From Planctomycetota bacterium (GTDB taxonomy: Bacteria; Planctomycetota; Planctomycetia; Pirellulales; UBA1268), in the NCBI GenBank assembly GCA_003670915.1, contig QWQH01000017.1:7845-71844 (forward strand): a stretch of DNA of 64,000 bases, read 5' to 3'. The position numbers were made by a program, and so were the translations under genes. Shown piece after piece: positions 48,088 through 55,420 of this stretch. The notes below the pieces were generated by a model. The model did not search any database. It saw only the letters and a program-made list of their open reading frames with translations, and had not been told where the DNA came from. Position 1 is the first letter of the stretch, and every line of letters starts with the position of its first letter.

Positions 48088-48983
48088 GTAGATGTCGAGA
48101 AAAGCGGGCCCAGAAATAAGAGATAATAGGCCGTAATCAGCCATTGAAAGAGCTGCACATTCATCGTCCATTCAAGGCCAGCGTGAAACACAATGCCGAC
48201 GAGGAGTACGGGCATTCGCAGCGATGGAATCCAGATTAAAAATGGAAAGCCGAGTTCAAATAAGAGCGTCCCGTGTGTCATGAGTTGTGACACGATCGGT
48301 GTCATCACCCAGTCGGGGATCGGAAATCGCTGGAACTCGCCCAACTGCAGCACCGTTCCAACCGCTGTGCCGGATTGCCACGCCACTCCCGTTGCTTTCC
48401 ATATGCCCGCAACAAAATAGGCCACGCACAGTTGGAGTTGCAAAATGCGCTGCGGCCAAGCCGGGATATGCCGAAACGGCTTGAGCCCGACTCCCGCCCG
48501 TCGGGTGGCAATCCAGCGACGCAGCGTGAACGCCTCACCGGAATGTGCAAACATCAGAAAAAAACAGCCGATCCGAATGAGGTTGTCGCCGGAGTGAAGA
48601 ATATTCATGTTGCGCCAGGAAAAACTGCTGACGGCCAGCCACATGGCACACGCCGAGACCCGAGGAAAGAACCCCGCGAGAAGGCCGAGGCCGCCGGCGA
48701 GTCCACACCATCGAATGAGTGTGATCGTCCCATCGTTATAGCCCGTAAACATATAGAGATTGAATCGGGTGCCATCCTGCAAAAGAAGGTGAGTCTGTGG
48801 CGGAAGAACGCCATCATTGCCCAGCCACATGGGTAGATCATTCCAGAGCAGCAGCAGGTTAACGAGGCACAGGAATCCAAACCAGAATCGAAAGAAAGCG
48901 AGAGGCCGTGGGTCTACGGGTGTGCGAACCCAGTCGTCAAACGCATCCAGAGGCAGCCCTAGCCACCGCACGCACCGAATCAT
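48030..48983 (-). CDS. HTTM-domain (vitamin K-dependent gamma-carboxylase-like) integral membrane protein
   Basis: DPRPLAFFRFWFGFLCLVNLLLLWNDLPMWLGNDGVLP..., multiple TM segments, and FELGFPFLIWIP. The ATG at 48983-48981 overlaps the stop of the upstream gene (ATGA). Confidence 0.8.
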   Translation of the reverse strand: MIRCVRWLGLPLDAFDDWVRTPVDPRPLAFFRFWFGFLCLVNLLLLWNDLPMWLGNDGVLPPQTHLLLQDGTRFNLYMFTGYNDGTITLIRWCGLAGGLGLLAGFFPRVSACAMWLAVSSFSWRNMNILHSGDNLIRIGCFFLMFAHSGEAFTLRRWIATRRAGVGLKPFRHIPAWPQRILQLQLCVAYFVAGIWKATGVAWQSGTAVGTVLQLGEFQRFPIPDWVMTPIVSQLMTHGTLLFELGFPFLIWIPSLRMPVLLVGIVFHAGLEWTMNVQLFQWLITAYYLLFLGPLFSTSTQATAVGPAATTAGPACSA

Positions 48984-49552
48984 CGCGGGCCTCTTTCGGG
49001 GGCAGTCCACCGGTAAAAGACAAAGTGATTCCACGGTCCCCGATACACATCAGCCCGCAGTGCTGCGCTGACGGGAAGCTGAGTCGGTCGCCAGAACCGA
49101 GTGAGTTCGATGGCGACAGGATCATGGCCTTTGGCTTGTAAAGTGCGCAGCCAATATTCAACGAATGGCTTCCAAAGAGTGCGTTCAGCATCGAGTCGGA
49201 GGTGGTCATTACAATATTTGCGCCAGCGTTCTTTTTGCCAGCGAGTGAAGTACGGCATTTCAATCATGTGCGTCAATGGCCAACGGTGTTGTGATCCATT
49301 ACGATCGATAACGAGAATACCGACCCAGATGTCTTCAGACCGTGGCTCGGGAGAGAACATTTCCCACCCCTGCCAGAGATTGAAAAAAATCAATGGCTGA
49401 CCCGTTATCGCATCGAGTGCGCTTTTGCATGGAAACAAATCGGCTGGCATTGACCAACTCAACACGGCGAGGCTGTAGGCAGCCGTGAGCACGGTTGGCC
49501 AGCGGTTGGCAATGGCGAAGCACGCGTGAAAAAACGATAGCATGGTTGCCAC
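48980..49552 (-). CDS. Small N-terminally anchored partner protein of the HTTM gene (unknown family)
   Basis: 190-codon ORF (GTG 49552 or ATG 49543). It has an N-terminal TM (WPTVLTAAYSLAVLSW), then NLWQGWEMFSPEPRSEDIWVGILVIDRNG...RWQKERWRKY. It is translationally coupled to the HTTM gene. Confidence 0.65.
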   Translation of the reverse strand: MATMLSFFHACFAIANRWPTVLTAAYSLAVLSWSMPADLFPCKSALDAITGQPLIFFNLWQGWEMFSPEPRSEDIWVGILVIDRNGSQHRWPLTHMIEMPYFTRWQKERWRKYCNDHLRLDAERTLWKPFVEYWLRTLQAKGHDPVAIELTRFWRPTQLPVSAALRADVYRGPWNHFVFYRWTAPERGPR

Positions 49553-49828
49553 TGCGAAGACGGCACCGCACGTCTGTGGCGGCGTATAAGGGGCAGACGG
49601 AGCACACTAACAGGGCTCCTGCTCACAGTGCAAACGATGTTCTGCTGGGTCCAATACACTCGTTGTGGGCACCGGGTGAGTTGCAAAAATGCTTGAAAAA
49701 AGCCCTTTTTCTTCCAAGGGTTAATTGCATGCTCAATCCACTGCGAAAAAGCCGATTTGAGAGGGAGGGGAAATGAACCAGAAAGGATTTCTGGAAGTGG
49801 TGGGGCGGCGAACAGGATCACAAAGAAT

Positions 49829-52204
49829 ATGCCAGCCAGCATTCTCGCAATCGCCGTTCACCCATGCGCAAAAAGAATCATTGGATTGCTCCTGCATAAA
49901 GTCGCGGTGGCGATGGCCATCGTAGCTTTCGGGTCAGGCATGCCAAGCATGGCTGACGTGGCTGACATGGCTGACGTGGCTGACATGGCTGACGTGAGCC
50001 CTCCAGGTGATGGGCCATCTTTCACGGCTCAAGGCCGCGCAGCGCACCGTCGTCTGGACCGTCGCGAATATGAAAATACGCTGCGTGATCTGCTTGATCT
50101 GCCAGGCCTCTCCGTGCAAGACATGTTACCTGAAGATGGTCGCGCCTACGGCTTCGATAAGTCGGGAGAGGCCCTCGAGCTTTCACACGTACACATAGCA
50201 GGCTATGCCGAAGCGGCTCGCACAGCGCTGGCCATGGTGAGCGCGACGCAGGCTAATCCGATGAAACCGTTACAACATCGGCTTCTACCAGGCGAGCAAG
50301 ACTTCTTCAAGCTGGCTCTCATCGAAGGTGATGCTGTCTTTCTTAAAGGAGGGCAGTACGATTCGGCAGCCATGCCACTGATTCGCGAAGCCCTTCCGCA
50401 CCCGCTTCCCCATTATGAAAAGACGGGTCTTTTTCCCTATCGCCATTCGGTCGGTGTTTTTCGTCGGCAGGGAGCGAACGACCACTTTGCGCTCTTCTTC
50501 AACGCCTTTACCCCGACTTATTCTGGCCGCTACAGGCTCCGGCTTTCTCTATGGAGCTTTCAGTGGGTCAAAGGCTCGTTGCAAGCTCGCGATGCTCCGG
50601 AAGTTGCCAGCCTGCACGCCAACGACCGTCTGCTTGGCTATTACGATGCCCCGTCGCTTGCGCCACGGGTTCATGAAATCGATACCTGGCTAAACGCTGG
50701 CGAACGACTGGTCTTTACGGCCGCGTCGCTTCCGCCGGTACGGGTCTATCAGCGAGAGGGCCGAGCGGCGGAGTATGTGGGGCCAGGCATTGCTATTGAC
50801 TCAATGGATATAGAGGGACCGCTGCACGAATCGTGGCCGCCGGCTAGCCACCGCCGAATATTCGGCAATCTGCCCGTGCGATCAGAAGGCGCCACTCCAT
50901 CCACGCACGCAAAGCACGTGATCACCGGATTTCTCTCGCGTGCATTTCGACGCCCTGCAACGGCCACGGAAGTTGCTACCTACACGGCGATGGTGGGGCG
51001 GCGGGTCAAGCAAGGAGACTCCTTTGAAGCGGCCATCAAGACTGCGTTGCAAGGGGCGCTGTGCTCGCCAGAATTTTTGTTTTTGACGCCCCGCCCGGGG
51101 CCACTGGATGACTGGTCTCTGGCCGCCAGACTGTCCTATTTTCTTTGGGATTCGATGCCCGACGAGGAACTTTTCACACTCGCAAGTCGGCAGCACCTGC
51201 GGAGGCCTGACGTCCTGCATGCCCAGGTGGATCGAATGCTCGCGGACCCGAAATCGCAGCGGTTCATCGACCATTTTCTGGATGAGTGGTTGGACCTGCG
51301 AGAGATCGATCTGACGACACCAGACAGCGCGCTCTATCCCGAATATAGCCAGTATCTTCGCGACTCCATGCTCGCCGAAACGCGAGCGTTCTTTCGAGAA
51401 CTCATCCAGCACAACGCAGGCATCAAAAGCCTCGTAGATTCGGACTTTATCATGGTCAACCAGAAGCTAGCCGAGCACTATCAGTTGGCACAGCAGCCAC
51501 CCACCGGCAGTCCAGTCGATGGGGGCGATTCTGGCCGGATCATAACCCAGGTTCAAGGCTCCCAGGTACGGCGTGTACCACTTCCCGAAGGCTCTTGCCG
51601 AGGTGGCTTACTCACGCAGGCCAGTGTGCTCAAGGTGACGAGTAATGGCACAGTGACGTCGCCTGTCAAACGTGGCGCATGGGTCCTTCGCGAGATTCTC
51701 GGCCAGCCCCCTGAGCCGCCGCCACCCAATATTCCAGCGATTGATCCTGACAGGCGCGGCGCGGTAACCATTCGGGAGCAACTGGCAATGCACACCAACG
51801 ACACAAGTTGTGCGACATGCCACGCGGCTATCGATCCCCCAGGCTTTGCTCTGGAAAACTTTGACGTGATCGGTGGCTGGCGGGATCGCTACCGCTCGGT
51901 TTCAGACGACCGCACGGCTCCGGAATCTTTTTCTGACGGGCCGTTTGTGGATGCATCCTGCTGCTTGGAGGATGGACGTCATTGCCGCACGATCAATGAT
52001 TTCAAACAGGCTTTACAAGCCGATCAAAAGCTACTGGCCCGCAACTTCGCGAGACAGTTGCTCGTGTACGCGACAGGCGCCGATATTCAGGCGGCTGATC
52101 GTGATGAGCTTGATGCTATCGTCAATCGTGCCGCTCCGCACGAGTACGGCATTCGTTCGCTCATCCACGAAACCGTGGCGAGCCGATGTTTTCTTGAGAA
52201 ATAA
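49829..52204 (+). CDS. Secreted DUF1587/DUF1592/DUF1595/DUF1588/DUF1585-type protein (paralogue of 11318..14431, no N-terminal CxxCH)
   Basis: The internal ATG at 49829 gives a signal-like N-terminus. Motifs: YENTLRDLLDLPG, YFLWDSMPDEELF, FIMVNQKLAEHYQL and CATCHAAIDPPGFALENFDVIGGWR. Confidence 0.85.
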   Translation: MPASILAIAVHPCAKRIIGLLLHKVAVAMAIVAFGSGMPSMADVADMADVADMADVSPPGDGPSFTAQGRAAHRRLDRREYENTLRDLLDLPGLSVQDMLPEDGRAYGFDKSGEALELSHVHIAGYAEAARTALAMVSATQANPMKPLQHRLLPGEQDFFKLALIEGDAVFLKGGQYDSAAMPLIREALPHPLPHYEKTGLFPYRHSVGVFRRQGANDHFALFFNAFTPTYSGRYRLRLSLWSFQWVKGSLQARDAPEVASLHANDRLLGYYDAPSLAPRVHEIDTWLNAGERLVFTAASLPPVRVYQREGRAAEYVGPGIAIDSMDIEGPLHESWPPASHRRIFGNLPVRSEGATPSTHAKHVITGFLSRAFRRPATATEVATYTAMVGRRVKQGDSFEAAIKTALQGALCSPEFLFLTPRPGPLDDWSLAARLSYFLWDSMPDEELFTLASRQHLRRPDVLHAQVDRMLADPKSQRFIDHFLDEWLDLREIDLTTPDSALYPEYSQYLRDSMLAETRAFFRELIQHNAGIKSLVDSDFIMVNQKLAEHYQLAQQPPTGSPVDGGDSGRIITQVQGSQVRRVPLPEGSCRGGLLTQASVLKVTSNGTVTSPVKRGAWVLREILGQPPEPPPPNIPAIDPDRRGAVTIREQLAMHTNDTSCATCHAAIDPPGFALENFDVIGGWRDRYRSVSDDRTAPESFSDGPFVDASCCLEDGRHCRTINDFKQALQADQKLLARNFARQLLVYATGADIQAADRDELDAIVNRAAPHEYGIRSLIHETVASRCFLEK
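49949..49996 (+). repeat. In-frame tandem repeat, 9-nt unit GCTGACRTG x5 (18-nt unit x2.5), encoding MADVADMADVADMADV
   Basis: Read directly from the sequence: ATG GCTGACGTG GCTGACATG GCTGACGTG GCTGACATG GCTGACGTG. It sits just after the predicted signal/anchor of the 49829 gene. Confidence 0.9.
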
Positions 52205-52284
52205 GTTGGAGACACGTGAGAATGGACACGGGTGTAGAGATGAAAAGAAACGTATTGAAGATGCATTTGCCACACCCGCATGAT

Positions 52285-53568
52285 ATGTCCTCGCGGCGAT
52301 CGGTTCTGCGAGGAGCCGGTGTGGCCCTCGCTCTTCCGTGGTTGGAATGTCTTGCGGGTCGAGGGCGAGGTGTGGGTGCGACTCGCGAGCAGGCCGATGC
52401 ATCGCCGCACAGGCTCCTGGCTATCGAAACCACGATGGGTCTTTTGCCACAGTATTTTTTTCCGACGACGGTGGGGCGCACCTATGCGCCCACCGCGTAT
52501 CTGCGCCACTTAGAGCCATTTCGCGATCGGTTGACTGTTTTTTCTGGGGTATCGCATCCGATGGTCGATGGCGGGCATTCGGCCGACGCTTCATTTCTAA
52601 CGGCGGCGGCTCATCCGGCCAGCGGTAGTTTTAGGAACACAATCTCGCTCGACCAGATGGCAGCTGAATCGATTGGCGCAGCAACGCGATTTCCATCGCT
52701 TGCACTCACCGTAGCGGCCCACGGCACGCCCAGCCTCTCCTACACCCGCAACGGCGTGCTCATTCCGGGTGAGCGGAGTCCAGCGAGGCTCTACCGCCAG
52801 ATGTTTCTCCAGGGAAACCCTCAGGAAACATTGGAGCGTGTGGAGTCGCTGCGAACGGGCCGCAGCGTCCTCGATTTTGTAGCTTTTGGGGCCAAGCGAT
52901 TCGATCGCACGATGAGCGTCCGCGATCGGGAACGATTAGACCAGTATTTTACATCCGTCCGCGAACTGGAACAGCGGATGCAGCAGGCAGAGATCTGGGA
53001 ACGCCGTAAGAAGCCGCGGCCCAAGTCTCCGCCTCCGCCAGACGTACCTGATCAAGAACTCTTCACACTCCTGCGGTTGATGTCGCAGATGATTCGGCTG
53101 GCGTTTGAATCCGACTCAACCCGGCTTATTACGCTTTTTGTCAATCCGGCGATGTGGGTGCCGCGGGCACCGGGCGTTGCGCATGAAACCCACTCCCTCA
53201 CGCATCACGGCAACCGCCCGGAGATGATCGAGGAACTGCGCAGCGTCGAGGAAATGCAATTTATCGTTCTGAACGAACTCCTCGCGGGACTCGACGCAGT
53301 CCAAGAGCGAGGCCGTGCGCTCCTAGATCGCACGATGGTTCTCTACGGTTCGTGCATGGGGAATGCCAATGCTCACTCCAACACAAATCTGCCAGTGTTG
53401 CTGGCGGGAGGGGCTTTCAAGCATGCCGGGCACCTGGCATTTGATGCGCAGAACAATCAGCCGCTAGCAAACGTGTTCGTCAGCATTCTGCAGCGAATGG
53501 ATATCCAGACTGACCGCTTTGCCACATCGACCGGCACACTCCGAGGCCTCGAACCAGTCTCGGGCTGA
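52285..53568 (+). CDS. DUF1552-family protein with twin-arginine signal
   Basis: MSSRRSVLRGAGVALALPWLECLAG parallels the start of the 14544 gene. HETHSLTHHGNRPEMIEELRSVEE is present. Alternative starts are 52216, 52240 and 52261. Confidence 0.85.
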   Translation: MSSRRSVLRGAGVALALPWLECLAGRGRGVGATREQADASPHRLLAIETTMGLLPQYFFPTTVGRTYAPTAYLRHLEPFRDRLTVFSGVSHPMVDGGHSADASFLTAAAHPASGSFRNTISLDQMAAESIGAATRFPSLALTVAAHGTPSLSYTRNGVLIPGERSPARLYRQMFLQGNPQETLERVESLRTGRSVLDFVAFGAKRFDRTMSVRDRERLDQYFTSVRELEQRMQQAEIWERRKKPRPKSPPPPDVPDQELFTLLRLMSQMIRLAFESDSTRLITLFVNPAMWVPRAPGVAHETHSLTHHGNRPEMIEELRSVEEMQFIVLNELLAGLDAVQERGRALLDRTMVLYGSCMGNANAHSNTNLPVLLAGGAFKHAGHLAFDAQNNQPLANVFVSILQRMDIQTDRFATSTGTLRGLEPVSG

Positions 53569-53579
53569 CAACGACTGAC

Positions 53580-55241
53580 TCAGGGTAATTCGCCTTGTTC
53601 TTCTACGGCCCAGAGGTGCTTCTGCGATGCCACATAGAGCACTCCGTTGGCAGCCGTCGGTGCAGAACAGGATTCAGACCCTAGCCGAATATCCGCGAGA
53701 TGGCGCTTCTGTGGGCCGGCAGCAAGGATCGTAAGTCCACGACGGGTGCCGACATAGACCTTACCATCGGCAACAAATGTCGAAGACCAGATTTCCTCGT
53801 TGGTGTCATGCACCCAGTTGAGTCTGCCGTTATCGGCGTCGAGGCAATGGATTTTTCCAAACAACTCAGCCGCGTAGACATAGCCATCGGCGACGGCAAC
53901 CGTCGAAAGAGAGCGGCCAATTGCTTGATACCGCCATACACAGCCCGCGTTCGAGATATCGCCCTGACCGGCTGGGTCAATGCACGACAGCGCCCCGCGG
54001 CCGCTCCCATGAAGCGGATCTTGGCCAATCGATACGTAGACTCTCCCGTCGGCGATCACAGGCGATGCAATCACTTCGCTGGGGCTCACAAGCCAGCCAT
54101 CAGCATCGACATCTTTCGGACCGCCTCGGACGAGTGCCCAGTAGTCGATTGGTGCGCCGCCCCGCTCACGATAGCCAGGGGGATTGCAGTCGAAGTGCCA
54201 CAGTTCGTTGAGCGTGGCGACGTTTCGTTCCGAATCCGAGGGGGAGGCCATTGCCGTCACAACCGGTTCGAAGGCATAACAGGCGCCGTCGCCGGCGCCG
54301 TAGATAATTCTGGAGGTATCGCCAAGTCTGACCAGCGTGGGAGATGACCACTGACCGTGAAAGACATCGGCACTGATGTGGCCGTCGTCCCGGGCCGCAA
54401 GCCGTCCGGTGTGTTTGTTCAGCGCGATGAGAGAGGGGGCTGTGGGGAGGACAACTTTTCCATCGTACACGCCATTGGCGGTGCCGACATAAGCGTAATC
54501 ACCATGGATCAGCACCGAGCAATTCGCGGCGTCGTGTGGAAATACGGGCAAGTCGCGAAGCATGTCAAAACGCCAAAGAATATCGGCATCCGTTGTGCGC
54601 AGTGCAACCGACGGGGTTCCGTCGGCAATGGAGAACGTAGCTTCGTCTGTGAAGGGCCCATCGTTGCCATTGGTAAGCCCGTTGGCATCGAGGCAGAGCA
54701 CCTCGCAGCGGTTGGTCACAATATAGACACACTCTTCATCGATCGTGGCCGTCGAGCAGACACCTAGGTTCATGTCGTCGAAATCTTCGCTCACTTTCGA
54801 GCGATCGATTTCTAGCCGCGGCACAACCAGCTGCCAGATTGTGTCTCCGCTCTTTTCGTTGAGGCACATGAGCAGTCCTCCACGAGTCGATACGTATCGC
54901 GGATCGTCGAGCGAATCGTCGTTCGTGCCGATATAAACCCTGCCATCGGCCACCGTCGCGGAAGAATAATTTTTTGAGCCGAGTCGGGCCACCCATCGCA
55001 CGTTTTGCGTAGAGGCGGTGTCGATCCCAATTCGATCGCGGCGGCGTTTCCCAGGTTCAAATCGCGTGGGCAGACCACGTTCTTGGGAGGACATGTTGCG
55101 TTCTTGACTGCCTCCCCACTGGTTCCAGTCGGCCGCGAGGCAGGCTGTTTGCGAGACAACCATGAGACACAACAAGACAACGGCAGCAACAGGCAGACTG
55201 CTTAGCCTGCGCAACCAATTCAATGAAGCAGCGAGTATCAT
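53580..55241 (-). CDS. Secreted PQQ-like (BamB-like) beta-propeller repeat protein
   Basis: Signal peptide MILAASLNWLRRLSSLPVAAVVLLCLMVVSQTACLA, then repeated G-x-VY-x-G/DG-x-L-x-A-x-D-x-x-TG blades (DGRVYIGT, EECVYIVT, DYAYVGT, DGRVYVSI, DGYVYAAE, DGKVYVGT, NGVLYVAS). Confidence 0.85.
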   Translation of the reverse strand: MILAASLNWLRRLSSLPVAAVVLLCLMVVSQTACLAADWNQWGGSQERNMSSQERGLPTRFEPGKRRRDRIGIDTASTQNVRWVARLGSKNYSSATVADGRVYIGTNDDSLDDPRYVSTRGGLLMCLNEKSGDTIWQLVVPRLEIDRSKVSEDFDDMNLGVCSTATIDEECVYIVTNRCEVLCLDANGLTNGNDGPFTDEATFSIADGTPSVALRTTDADILWRFDMLRDLPVFPHDAANCSVLIHGDYAYVGTANGVYDGKVVLPTAPSLIALNKHTGRLAARDDGHISADVFHGQWSSPTLVRLGDTSRIIYGAGDGACYAFEPVVTAMASPSDSERNVATLNELWHFDCNPPGYRERGGAPIDYWALVRGGPKDVDADGWLVSPSEVIASPVIADGRVYVSIGQDPLHGSGRGALSCIDPAGQGDISNAGCVWRYQAIGRSLSTVAVADGYVYAAELFGKIHCLDADNGRLNWVHDTNEEIWSSTFVADGKVYVGTRRGLTILAAGPQKRHLADIRLGSESCSAPTAANGVLYVASQKHLWAVEEQGELP

Positions 55242-55420
55242 GCAGGCGAGCCATGCAAGCGTGTCGTACAGGCGTAGGCTTCAGGCAAACGCGAGTCTTG
55301 GCACGCGAAGAAGCAACCCTGTTGAAGGCAGCGCTATTCTGGACAGAAATGAGCTGACAGTCCAGTGGTACTCAATCCGTGCAATTCAACCCTGCTTTTC
55401 GTCTGCCTGGGAGCCTTTCA

